Positions 1-11,231 of a stretch of 64,000 bases of DNA are shown in pieces. The notes under the pieces were generated by a model that had not been told where the DNA came from, searched no databases, and saw nothing but the letters and a program-made list of their open reading frames with translations. This stretch comes from Paramoeba atlantica (taxonomy: Eukaryota > Protista > Discosea). The position numbers were made by a program, and so were the translations under genes. The stretch is from positions 62,001 to 126,000 of the forward strand of contig CDRNVI010000164.1 of assembly GCA_977017575.1 (NCBI GenBank), in the 5' to 3' direction. The stretch's first letter is position 1. Every line of letters starts with the position of its first letter.

Positions 1-660
1 CACATCACATCAGGTGCTTATCTGAGAAAAATAGGCTTCTTTGGAGAGAGTAAATCACAAGGGAATAAGACGATAGTATTTTCAATGATAAAGAACAGTT
101 TCTGAAAGAAAAAACAATAAAAAAAAGTAATTAGTTATTGTTTAAAAAAATATCGAAAAAAAGAAACTGAACCCCTCACATCACATCAAGTGTTTTATTT
201 GAGAAAAATAGGCTTCTTTGGATACAGTAAATCACAAGGAATAAGATGATATCATTTTCAATAATAAAGAATAGTTTCTGAAGGAAAAAACAATAAAAAA
301 AAGTAATTAGTTATTGTTTAAAAAAATACCGAAAAAAGAAACTGAACCCCTCATATCACATCAGGTGCTTTATCTGAGAAAAATAGGCTTCTTTGGATAC
401 AGTAAATCACAAGGAATAAGACGATATTATTTTCAATGATAAAGAACAGTTTCTGAAGGAAAAAACATTAAAACTTTAATTATTTAAATATTGTTTAAAA
501 AAATGTTGGAAAAAAGAAACTGAACCTCTAACCCATCACATCACATTGTGCTTTATCTGAGAGAAAAATAGGATTCTTTGGATACAGTAAATCACAGGAA
601 ATAAGATGATGTCATTTTCAATGATAAAAAACATTCTCTGAAGAAAAAAAACAATTAAAA
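1..660 (-). repeat. Tandem ~178-bp repeat (about 3.5 copies), each a ~105-110-nt exon-like block plus a ~70-nt GT..AG intron-like spacer on the minus strand; degenerate
   Basis: CACATCACATCAGGTGC...GAGAAAAATAGGCTTCTTTGGA...GTAAATCACAAGG recurs near 1, 178, 355 and 536. Minus-strand spacers start GTTTC/GTTCAG and end TTTCAG, with a CTAAT branch-like motif in two copies. Stops occur in all frames in the copies I translated. Confidence 0.75.
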
Positions 661-989
661 TAAAAAAAAATAAAACAAAAAAAATTCCGAATATCAACAA
701 AAAGATTAAAACTCAAAAAGAAACAACAAAAAACAAACTTTCATATTTTTAAGCTTTCAAAACCCTGAAATAAAAAAGAAATAAAAAAAAACAAAAAGAA
801 AAAAAAAAGAAGAAAATGAGAGAAAAAGAAAAAAAGAAATCAAAAAAGAAATCAAAAAACCATTGAAAAAAAAGAAATCCTGTTCCCACTCAACACAAAA
901 GAAAATGAATCCCTTTTGATTTTTTTTATTTTGTTCATTCTGAGAATAAAAAGAATTAGTTTTTCATTTTTCTAAATCTTTTCAAAAAA

Positions 990-1105
990 GAAAAAGAAAA
1001 AGAGAAAAAGAAAAAAGAGAAAAAGAAAAAAGAGAAAAAGAAAAAAGAGAAAAAGAAAAAAGAGAAAAAGAAAAAAGAGAAAAAGAAAAAAGAGAAAAAG
1101 AAAAA
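990..1105. repeat. 15-bp purine minisatellite (GAGAAAAAGAAAAAA)n
   Basis: Directly visible tandem array; it explains ORFs 956..1261 and 982..1248. Confidence 0.85.
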
Positions 1106-2289
1106 AAAAAACAATTTTGTGTGAAAAAAAGTAAAAAAGAAAAAGAGATGAAGGAAAAAGAAGAAAAAAGAAACAAAAAAGAAAAAGAGAAAAAGAAAAA
1201 AAGAAACAAGAAAAAGAAGAGGAAAAAAGAAAAGAAAGAAAACCTCAAAGAATTGGATCACCGGATAAATCTTGTGAATTCTCTTATCTTTCTCACTTTG
1301 AGAAAAATAGATTGGTTTTTCATTTCTCTTTCTTAATATAAAAGTGATACATTGAAAAAACCAAAAATCTCTTGATTTCTAAAAGTCTATTTTTCTCATC
1401 TTTCAAAAAACAAAAACCAAACACAAAAATCAAACAAAAACAAAAAACAAAAAAGAAAAACTTTTTTGCCGAAAAACCGATTTTTATTTTGGGTGCGATT
1501 TTTTTTCTTGAAATTTGGCAAGGAGGTGAAAAAGAATTCAAATGTTCTTGTTTTTTCTTAGTTGTTCAAGCTTCCATCAAGATAGGACCAATACAAATTC
1601 AATTCTTTTTCTTTTTTTCTTCTTTAATCTTATTTTTGGTTTGCATTTGGATCTTTTCAATCAATTTTGGTCATACAATCCTTTTTCTTTGTTTTTTTTT
1701 GTTTTTTTCTCTTTTTTGTTGAATCTTTCTCTTTCTCTTTCTTTTTCTTTTTTTCTTTCTTTTTCACAAACAAAAAAGAAAAAAAAAACTGTTCGAAACA
1801 AAAAACCAAAAAAAAAACCAAAAAAAGAAAAAGAAAATGGCTGATGTGGCAACATTTGATTGGGAATTGGATTTTTTTTTCTTTTTCAGAAAAGAAAGTG
1901 GCGGATGAGAAAAAAAAAGAAAAATAGAAAGAGAAAAGAAAGAAATTGAAAGAAAAGAAGAGTTGAAAGGTTTGGAAAGATACATGATAGATTGTTTGAT
2001 TTACCAATGAACTTTTTTATTCCATATTTCAAGTGAATGTTTTAGTTTGTTATTCTTTTTTTTTTTCTTTATTCACAAACTATTAAAAACAACACCACCG
2101 GATCAATCATTTCACTTTTCCACACACAATCAAAAGAAAGAATTGAGAAAATCAAAGAAAAACAAAAGGTTTCTTTTTTAGCACACCTTATGCTTCGACG
2201 TTTTTCGTCTCTTTTGGATAGAATCGTCACCTTAATCGATTCAATTCATAAATCTTTCGAAAAAATTCGTTAGTTTTTTGCAATGTATA

Positions 2290-2584
2290 GGGAACAACAG
2301 ATGATGTCAACACAAATAAATTCACGGGCTGAAAGATCAGAATATGGAAAATAAACTATACAATCAAATTGGGTCTGAAATAAAGCAAAGGTATTTTTGA
2401 TGGCACAATTCAATGATTGATCAATATTTCGGTGTGTAGTTGTCAGATTCAGATGGAACTAGCACCATTCGAAAGAGGAAGATGAGGCGCTTCAGGATAG
2501 CACAACTCGTGATCATAGAATTCACAAATAATGTTCTCCATTAAGTCAAACATTCTTCAAACTAAGAATACTGATATTCTAACA
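2290..2584 (-). repeat. 3' LTR of the copia element (only the proximal 295 bp remain)
   Basis: 280/295 identical to 8836-9130 by hand alignment. Begins TGTTAG on the minus strand directly after the PPT. Homology stops near 2290. Confidence 0.9.
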
Positions 2585-2593
2585 CTCCCTTTC
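2585..2593 (-). other. Polypurine tract of the copia element (GAAAGGGAG)
   Basis: Purine run immediately 5' of the 3' LTR start, just after the pol stop codon at 2603. Confidence 0.8.
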
Positions 2594-2602
2594 ATCATGA
2601 AG

Positions 2603-5600
2603 TTAATTTGCAGAGCAATAGGGACGAATAAGATTATTCTGGTGAGGTGTAAACACATTGGGTCCAAGGGGTTTTGTAAAAATATCAGTAAGGTTATCTT
2701 TAGTGGGTACATAATCCAATTCAATCAAGCCATCTTGCAATGCTTTTCTTGTGTAATGATTAAAGGCTTCAATTTGCTTAGTTCTTTGGTTTATATGGGG
2801 AATCTTTGTAATAGCCATCGCAGGTTCAGAATCGGATTGAAGTAAAAAAGGTCTTTTGTACAGGATGCACAACTTAGAGAGAATGTTATCAACAAATTTC
2901 AATTCATGGGATGCTTCAGCAAGGGTGTGGTATTCAGATTCACAACTAAACCAACAAACTTGAGGAGATTTCTTGGAATGCCAGGAAATGGGGGAACTAT
3001 TTGCAAAAATAGCAAAACTATAAGATGAGGATCTGTCTTCTGTAACATCTTGATGGCTTGAGTCAGTTTGGGCAGAAATCACAAGTTCTTTAGTCTCAAA
3101 TTTGGATTTGAGAAACACCAATTTATAATTAGGATATTTGGCAAGATAACCGAGAATTTGCAGAGCAGCTTTGTTATGATTTTCAGTGTGGGTATTCAAG
3201 AAGTGAAAGCATTGGGAAACAGCATATGAAATATCAGAGTGAGTTTTCGTCAACCAAATTAGAGAATCAACAAGGCTTGCATAGGGAAAATCAGTGGGAG
3301 GTTCATCAGGCTTAGGCATAGGCAGAACTTTACTCACGGCAGGAGTATCACTCTTTCTTATTTTGTGGCAGTCAAAACTCTCCAATAAATTGTTGAGGAA
3401 GGCATGCTGATTGAGAGAAATTTCTTTGTAATTTTGTTTCACACCACAACCAAGGAACCAAGAGCATTTTCCACTAGACTTCTACTTGAATCTTTCAATC
3501 AGTTTGGAGTAAATCTCTTCACGGAGCTTTGAACAAGTACAAACATCCAAATTATCATCAACAATGGTTGGGAATAAACAGAAGTTTCCGTCAGGTTCAA
3601 CACGAATGTAGAGATTGAAATCAGCAATCAGACAATGGAATTGCAGTTCTTCAATAAGAAATTTTCAAAAAGTTAGATTCCAACATTATCCAGCAATTGG
3701 CACACCATAGAGAGCTTTGTTCAATCGACAGAGATATTCGGGATGTTCAGGATCTTCAAAACCTTCAGGTTGAGTGACATAATAAACAATATCACCATCA
3801 GGAATGTCAGCTTGGATATAGGCACTTGGGACATCTCCAGAATTCACATCAAGGTCAAACATAGCGGCAATAGCAAATGTTAAATTGAAAGATTCAGTGG
3901 TTGCAGTTCCAGCATAATTATCTTCTTGGTCAAAATTGTGATCTTTTACAAGACTATGTTTTACACGAGAACCGTTTGCACAAAATCGAGCTTTGAACTT
4001 AGATATTACACCATTTTTGGTCTTAATTCGAAATCGCCACAGGCCTTGCATAATAATGTATTTCTTTCCATCCTTGGGGAACTTCAGGGGAGGAGGCACC
4101 AATTCCCAAGTCTTATTTTCAATATGAACATCATATTTTCTTTTGCAAGCTTGTTTCCATTCTTTTTTTTCATTTGAGCGAGCGACTTGCTTGTAGGATC
4201 AAGGGGTAACTTTATCATTAACAACTTGGTCAGCATGGAAGGCATAGTCAAGGAAATCAAGATCTTTGTAACCACGGCTAGGTTCACCAAACGTATTCCA
4301 AGGTATTTTCAGAGCACTGAACACTTTTCCAATAGCACTATGTTGGTAGTCAGGGTCTTGGAAGCGAGCAGAGTGTCTTACTTCTTCAGCTGCATCATCA
4401 GATTCATTTGGTTCAGAGATGTTAATTTCATCATCAGGTTGAGATTGAGTAACAAAATTGAAATCAACTTCAGAATCAGTTTCAGAGTTGTATGTAGAGG
4501 AAGAGTAAGGAGATGCAGATTGGTCTGCAGGGTCATAAGGATCAGAATCATGATCATCTGGTGGGTAATTGAACATTTCATAATTATCGAGGTCAATCGG
4601 CAATTCAGGTTCATTTTCATCAGCAGAGTCATAATCAGTTCCTTCACTTTCTTCATCTTTCATATCTAATTCTGTCATTTGAGGGAGAATTTCAGAATCA
4701 AGGGCTGCAGCAGCTTGAGCAGGATCAACAATTGGAGAAGAAGAGGAACTAGAAGAGGAACAAGAGGAACAAGAGGAAGATGTAGGTGTGTAAGAATCAT
4801 CACTCTAAGTAAAATCGGGAGGAGGCATACTAAAAAGCACCATCTCATCATCATCATCATCACTGTACACATTTGTACTGTAGGTTTTCTCATTCAAAGC
4901 AGTATGTTTTGAATATAAGTTTACAGAAGCAGGAGTGGAATGGCCTATTCTGTTCTCCCTTTCAACATCAACAGGGTAATCATTATCAATTACAATTTCA
5001 GCAGAATCATCAGGATTCTCATGTACACAATCCATGGGATTTGTGTTCATACTCAGAATGTCGTCACGGTCTGATAATTTCGAAAAATCAACGAATTTTT
5101 CATTCAAATAAGTGTTAAAATAGTGTGGGATATTCCCTCTATCAATATGCTTCAACAGGTTCGAAACACCAAAGACATATTCATCAAATACCACACTTGA
5201 ACTTTCAAAAATAGTTTTCTTTACAGGGTCATACAAAATATAACCATTAATTTTTTCTGAGGGGCCAAGATAGATCGCAGGGCGTGCTTTAGGCATCAGT
5301 TTGGTTCTGTTCTTTCGGGGAATGTGCACAAAAGCATGGCAAATAAAAGGGCGAATCAACTCAATATTGGGTTTGCAACCATACAGCTTCTGGAAGGGGG
5401 AAATCTCTTCACCTTCTTTCACAATGTAGGAGCTCACAACACTTGCAAGTTTTTCAACATAATCCCAAAATTGTTCAGACAATCCAGCGTGGATTTGAAT
5501 CGCTTGAGCAGTGTTCCATCGAGTCTCATTTGCACGTTCAGCAACACCATTTTCAGCAGAATCATCTCTACTAGAAAATCTGATATGAATTCCTTTCTCA

Positions 5601-8250
5601 GCGCAATATTGTCCAATTTTCGTTGCAGGACCGACAAATTCCTGAGCGCCATCGCATTGAATGATTTTGACCTTCACATCTAATTGTCTTTGAAGCTTTG
5701 CAATCAGGTTGATCAGCACTTCACCAGCATCACTCTTTTTCTTGAGGAATTCAGATAAATCCATCTTGGAGTAGTTTTCAACAACTGAGAGAGAGTATTT
5801 GTTCTTCCGATAAGAAAGTACATTTTTCTCATGGTTGTCAATGTGCAACATTTCACCAAGTTTTCGTTTTGTTCTTGTACCAGGGGTATGACTCTTCTTT
5901 TTCACTTTGGCCAACTCACAAGCAGTACAAACATTTTGATCCATTCTCAATCTGTGATATTGCAGGGACAAACTGTCAACCACATAAGCATTAATAGTCC
6001 TTTTCAAACCAGAAAAATGACACAATCTATTATGCCAATATTTCCATTCTTTCTCGTGGGTAGGACGGAGGGTTCTACAGATTCTTTTCTTGCGGAGAGG
6101 TTGAGATGAAGAAGCATCCTCAGGGGTTTCATTTTTTGGGTGAGTAACTTCTTCAGCAATATAAGATTGTTGATGGTTGGTTTGACTGGGTAAAGCCAAA
6201 TAATACAAGCTATTGTTCTGTGGACCACTCAAAATCGTCTGGGAATTGCTCAAATTAATCTTCTTTTTCGTCACACGAATTTGGTTAGAATCCAAAATAA
6301 CAGAAGCGTCCCAAGTTTCACACATGTGAGCCACAGAGAGAAGATTCATTTCACAATTGGAGACTACAGAGATGTCTTGAAGAGGTGGCAAATTAGGATG
6401 AATTGCCAAGTCACCTTGCATTGTAACAGGAATCAGATTGCCATTCGCTTGCTTGATGCTTATGGACATTGTGGGTGGAGTGTTTCTTGTTGTGAGATTT
6501 GGATCATTCACAATTGTGTTTGAACAAGCTGAATCAGCAAGAGCAGTTGCTCTATTTGATTGTTTTGCAACAAAAGCAGATTGAATCGAAGATTGAGAAG
6601 AAGAAATGAGAGCAGAAACGCAACAAGAGTAAATAGGAATATTGATTTTATTCATTTTCATCTTCCAAGCATTGATCTTTTGAACAAAAGCATCGAAATT
6701 CACCTTGGCTTGTTGTCCCACAGCACTTTGGTTTGCTGGGTTTGTGTTGCAACCTTTCACAATGTGACTGGTGGCACCACAACAAAAACAGGCTTTAGCC
6801 GGAGGGGTGGGAGGATCTTCCCATCTAGGGTAATTTCAAAACTGGTTGCATGTTAGAGGAGAAGGAATTAGGGGACTATGGCGAGGAGGGCCATTTCCTT
6901 GTCTTCCTTGGCGAGGAGGGGTGACATTTCCTTGTTGATTAGGATTGGCAGCAGAGTTATTCTTCTTCCGAAAAGCAACATAAGCAGTGGCATTCTCCTT
7001 TGTCTTCAAGGCTTGTTTCTTCTTATTGGCACTTGAGCGACTGCCTTCGATTTCTTTTAACTCCAAGAAAGCACTCTCCACTGTCCACTCTCCCACTCTA
7101 AGCAGTCCTCGAAAGGTTTCCCAATGTTGTTGTGGCATGGAATCTCGAATGTAACCCAATTTCTTGTTCATTGGAATCAGCTTCCCTTTTAATGCTTCAA
7201 TGTGAAGAAATAACTTTTTTTTTTTTTTTTCTTTTTTGAGGCAGACTTTATTCAATTAGTAGTTCTTAATCTAAGCCATTTGAATTACATTAAATTATGT
7301 TTGTTTTTAACCTCTAACGAGAGGTGAAGTTTTAAACTTCAGCTTAGTTCAGTCGGTCTTTATGCTGAACTTTAGAACTTCTGCAAGTTCAGGCTGGAGG
7401 ATGCACATCAGAAGGGAGAATAATCCAAAGCTCCTTCCAAGGGAATTTATCCTCAACTTTTTAGCAGACAGGGCTGAGATGTAACCTGTTCCGATTTTCA
7501 CACTTCTTCAAGAGCTCCTCACTCCAATCAAATCACTCTACAGCACCAGAAAAATTTTCTATAATATCGAAAAACTGGGATTTGAACTCGCCCCCCCAGG
7601 GTTGGACATAGTCGAATTTACGACTAAACTACGGGTGCCAACCCTACATGAAGAAATAACTCCTTCAGTCTCAACTCAAAACTAGAGATCGTCTCATTTT
7701 CTCCGATACAACAATCCTCTAACTTACTTTTCACTTCCTTTACATTGTGAGCAATCACAGTACTCAGGTTTAAGGTCAATGTGTCCCAAATAAGTTTTGG
7801 TGTTCTTCTCTTCAAATCACTAAGATACTCCTTCGCTCAACCAATGCAAGTCTTATTCAATAAGTTTGTAAGATTCATTTGATTGTCCATACGGTCATCG
7901 AAACGTCTTTGGTTGATTTGCTGCTTGTACTCCAATTTCTCTTTGTGTCTCACCTCCAACTCCTTTCTTTCTACCAAGAATCTTTTCTTCTCAGCTTCTT
8001 CCATTTTTTCTGTAACCTCCTCCAGCTCCTCCTCAAACTTGATCAGGACAGGTTCACCTGTAGGAACTTTGTCGAGGAATAGATGATGAACAAGATTTTG
8101 GGTGCTGAGCCGAATGAGTGTCTCTTTTCACCAGAGCATGAATTCAATGGTGGATTCACCTTTGAGTTCATTAATCTCAAGTGCACCCTTCCACGTCTTG
8201 TTCTTTGGTTCAAATTCTGGCCAATCTACTACTCTGTAATCATCTTCCAT
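2603..8250 (-). pseudogene. copia gag-pol polyprotein; single frame broken by at least 7 nonsense codons and one insertion
   Basis: ORF fragments 7624-7815, 6836-, 4805-6760, 4199-4678, 3686-4102 and 2603-3442 share one frame once the 446-bp insert plus TSD is removed. ATG at 8250. Stops at 8128, 7837, 6836, 4805, 4199, 3686 and 3482. Confidence 0.9.
7216..7648 (-). mobile_element. SINE-like non-LTR retroposon (433 bp) inserted in copia gag
   Basis: 13-bp TSD TGAAGAAATAACT at 7203-7215 and 7649-7661. Minus-strand AATAAA is followed by a poly(A) tail. The head has A-box-like TAGTTTAGTCG and B-box-like GAGTTCAAATCC. Excision restores gag LKELFLH-IEALKG. Confidence 0.85.
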
Positions 8251-8588
8251 AGTTGAGGATGTGGCGAACATAAAAGAGCGAGAGAGAAAAATGAGAAATG
8301 GTGACAGGAGAAGACGGGCAAGAAAAACCAAGAAAACCACACAAAATCGTGAAAACACACAATTAAAACAAACAGAAAGACAGGCAAAAGGAACAAGAGA
8401 GCAAGAGCAATAAAAAGAAATCGAGTGAAGTTGTTGAACGAATGAGAGAACAGGCACAAGCGAGTGAAAACAAAAACAAAAACGAAAAACAAAAAAACAG
8501 AAAATAAAACGAAAATAAAACAAAAAAATAAAACAAAGAAAGGTGTAGAACACTGAAGTTCTACTGATGACAAGATCAGGCAGAGAGC

Positions 8589-8602
8589 CTAGACTCTTAA
8601 TC
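8589..8602 (-). other. Primer-binding site GATTAAGAGTCTAG, complementary to tRNA-Lys(CUU) positions ~27-40
   Basis: Abuts the LTR end (...TGTCA|GATTAAGAG). Its complement CTAGA-CTCTTAA-TC is an anticodon arm with anticodon CTT. Confidence 0.75.
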
Positions 8603-9130
8603 TGACAAGTGGCAGGGTTTGGTGGAAGAAGATTGCTGAGAAAAGAAAAGAAAGGTGCAAACTTCATTCCATGGTGAGAGCCGGGAATGTGAAAGAAAAC
8701 AAAGTCTCTCATGCGTTTATTTACAAACAGGTTTCAATCACATATTTGTCAATGTGACACCAAGTGCAAAAGCAGAGAAACACACACAAATAAAAGCACA
8801 CATAAGAGACATAAAAACACAACAAGTTTAAGGAAGGGAACAACAGATGACGTCAGCACAAATAAATTCACAGGCTGAAAGATCAGAATATGGAGAATAA
8901 ACTATGCAATCAAATTGGGTCTGAAATAGGGCAAAGGTATTCTTGAAGGCACAATTCAATGATTGATCAATATCTTGGTGTGTAGTTGTCAGATTCAGAT
9001 GGGACTAGCACCATTCGAAAGAGGAAGATGAGGCGCTTCAGGATAGCATAACTCGTGATCATAGAATTCACAAATGATGTTCTCCATTAAGTCAAACATT
9101 CTTCAAACCAAGAATACTGATATTCTAACA
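8603..9130 (-). repeat. 5' LTR of the copia element (528 bp, TG...CA)
   Basis: The minus strand begins TGTTAG (9130) and ends TGTCA (8603) next to the PBS. The first 295 bp match the 3' LTR. The remaining 233 bp are inferred from the PBS position. Confidence 0.8.
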
Positions 9131-9522
9131 CAATTGGATCACAAGTCTGAAGATTCACTGAATTCCTTATAATGAACAATGTTGATTCACTCCTTTTTGA
9201 CATTCACACTTTCACTAATCTTTCACTGAAATTTCAATACTGCCATCACATTGCAATTGTTGTTGCAATGTCTCTTGAATACAAACAATAAATTATTCTT
9301 ATTTCCCTTTAATTCATTTGGTCTTAAAGAATCAAGAATTAGAAGTTAACCTTCTGCATTTCATTTATTATGAAGATTAACAAGTCATAAACAAAAATAA
9401 GTCACTTCCAAAGTTCAAACCTGATTGTTAATTCCAATGCCAAAATAGCATTTGCATGTCCCTCCCAAATATCAGAAGAATCTATATTCACCAAATTAAC
9501 TCCCTCAGATTGCATAAATTCT
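9131..9522 (-). pseudogene. Calponin-homology (alpha-actinin/filamin-type actin-binding) gene remnant
   Basis: An AG..GT-bounded block at ~9422-9522 reads FMQSEGVNLVNIDSSDIWEGHANAILALELTI, resembling the CH1 C-terminal helix. Downstream blocks contain stops, and no in-frame upstream exon was found. Confidence 0.4.
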
Positions 9523-9895
9523 AAACAAAGTGAGAGAGAAGAGAGAGAAGGGAGAGAGGAAGAGAAAGGATGAAGAAAAGAAGAGGGATTGGTTTTTAAG
9601 AAGGAGAGAGAGGGAAGAGAGATCCTAAAAAAGGTGAGGAAAGAGAAAAAACCTCTTGGATTTTTGTGGTGTTGATTTCTTTCTTGGAAATTCTATCCTT
9701 TCTTCTCTCTTTTCTTCTGCCTTTTCCTCTTTCTTTTCTTCTTTCTTTTTCTTTTCTTTCTTTTCGTCTTTCTTTTCTTCTTTCTTCACTCCCTTCCCCT
9801 CCTTCTTGTCCCCCTTCTTTTCATCGTCTTTCTCCTTCTCTTTTCTTCCCTCTTTTCTTTCTTCTCTTTGTCTTGATGTTTTCAGAAATTTCTTT

Positions 9896-11049
9896 TTAGG
9901 AGCTTTTGGCTGGTTTAATATCCACTCCCTTTTGTGAAATAAAAATAAAAAGTTTGAATAACATTTCAAGAAAATTGAAAAAGAAAATACATCAAAAGGA
10001 AAATAAGAGAAGAAAAGAGGGGAAAAAGTTCAAAGCAAACCCTTTCTTGAAATGTGGTGATCAATTCAACCACCTTTTGCTGGCCAGAAACTTTTGCAAT
10101 ATCCAAGGCTGTTCGACCACACTAGTAAAGAAAGTTCAAAAAAATGACCACATTACACACACTCCCCTCCAACAACAATAACAATTAAACAAGTCTAAAA
10201 AACTGCTCACAATAAAGTAACATCAAAGAAAATCAAAACTACTGTAAGATCAATGTTGGCTCCATGTTCAAGAAGAATTTCCACAATTTCTTCAAAACCA
10301 TTGTTAGCAGCAAATTGAAGAGCAGTCCATCCTTCCTTCACAAAAAGAAACAAAACAACAAATTATCACAACCAAAAATGAGAAAACAAATAAAAAAAGA
10401 AAAGAAAATCAACATCTTCTTGAAGATCAACATTGGATCCATGTTCAATCAGAATTTTGACAATTTCTTCATAACCTTCCAGAGTTGCAAAGTGAAGAGG
10501 AGTCCATCCATACTGATCAAAAGAAATTTTACAAAAGAACAAAATTATCGCATCACCTTCCTCCCACAACAACAGAACAATATCACAAATAACAAATGAG
10601 AAAACAAATATTAAAAAGAAAATCAAAACTTTATCTTGAAGATTTACATTGGGTCCATGTTCAATCAGAATTTTCACAGTTTCTACAAAACCTTTGGAGG
10701 CAGCATTGTGAAGAGCAGTCTGTTCAACTTTTTCTCTCCATGTTTGGCTCTCCTCCTGAACAAAAGAAGAAGTTATTATCATCCACAGAAATAAATCACA
10801 AAATTAAAAAACAAAGGAATGCAAAGAAAAATCAACTTCAAAAAAACAAAAAGAAAAAGAGGAGAGAAGAAGAAAAACAAAAGAAGAAAGAAGAAAGAAA
10901 GAAAAAAAACAATTTTTGAAAACCTTGTGTTTGAAGTCAATATCAAGTTGCTTGGATTGAAGAAGAACTTTGACAAGTTCTTCATCTCCTCTCTCAACAG
11001 CATCATAAAGTTTCTTGTTTTCTGATCTCTTCTCTTCTTCTTCTTCCAT
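9896..11049 (-). CDS. Ankyrin-repeat protein A (6 exons), ends GVDIKPAKSS*
   Basis: Exons read TALHNAASKG, YGWTPLHFA, EGWTALQFAANNG and CGRTALDIA. Phase-0 introns. Terminal exon 9896-9928. Confidence 0.85.
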
Positions 11050-11231
11050 CTTCTTTTTTTGTTTTCTTGATGATTTTGTGTTGGGGTGAGACAGAGAGAA
11101 AGAGCAAAAAGAGAAACAAAAACTAATTTCCTTTTTTAGTATTTCCTTTTGAGAAAAATTCCTTTTTTGTTCTAAACTTTTCTTTTTGGGTTTTTGGAGG
11201 AAGAGAGAGGAGAGGGAAGAGAGAGAGAGAG

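Larger units (their letters stand above)
2290..9130 (-). mobile_element. Ty1/copia LTR retrotransposon, decayed, 3' LTR truncated
   Basis: Domain order on the minus strand is gag (UBN2-like; CCHC knuckle CFCCGATSHIVKGC), protease (ALADSAC), integrase (HID..DGAQEF..NGVAERAN), RT (FKARFCANG, IVDD), RNase H (SWHSKK..SCESEY..DIFTK). LTR homology, PBS and PPT are present. Confidence 0.95.

Noticed and set aside
1-660. CRISPR-like array
   Set aside because: The whole unit is repeated with no unique spacers, the context is eukaryotic, and there are no cas genes
956-2007. Many 60-120 aa F/L/S- or K/E/R-rich ORFs
   Set aside because: They are translations of simple A/G or T/C repeats, with no domain signal or consistent frame
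2279-2289. CAAT as TSD of the copia element (also at 9131-9134)
   Set aside because: It is only 4 bp and not adjacent to a TG terminus consistent with the 5' LTR; the 3' LTR is truncated
7580-7648. HDV-like ribozyme in the SINE head
   Set aside because: A P1-like helix is present, but the internal loop TAAATT lacks the L3/P1.1 pattern and no P2/J4-2 could be assigned
2603-8250. Alternative genetic code or stop read-through explaining in-frame stops
   Set aside because: Host genes have no internal stops and terminate in TGA or TAA; mixed stop types fit decay
8672-8688. TGGTGAGAGCCGGGAAT as a conventional 3'-CCA-type PBS
   Set aside because: It is on the strand opposite the element, lies inside the inferred LTR, and does not fit tRNA acceptor/T-stem spacing
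9625-9969. Lys/Glu-rich ORF as a C-terminal extension of ankyrin A
   Set aside because: The phase-0 donor and paralogue comparison put ankyrin A's stop at 9896 in another frame
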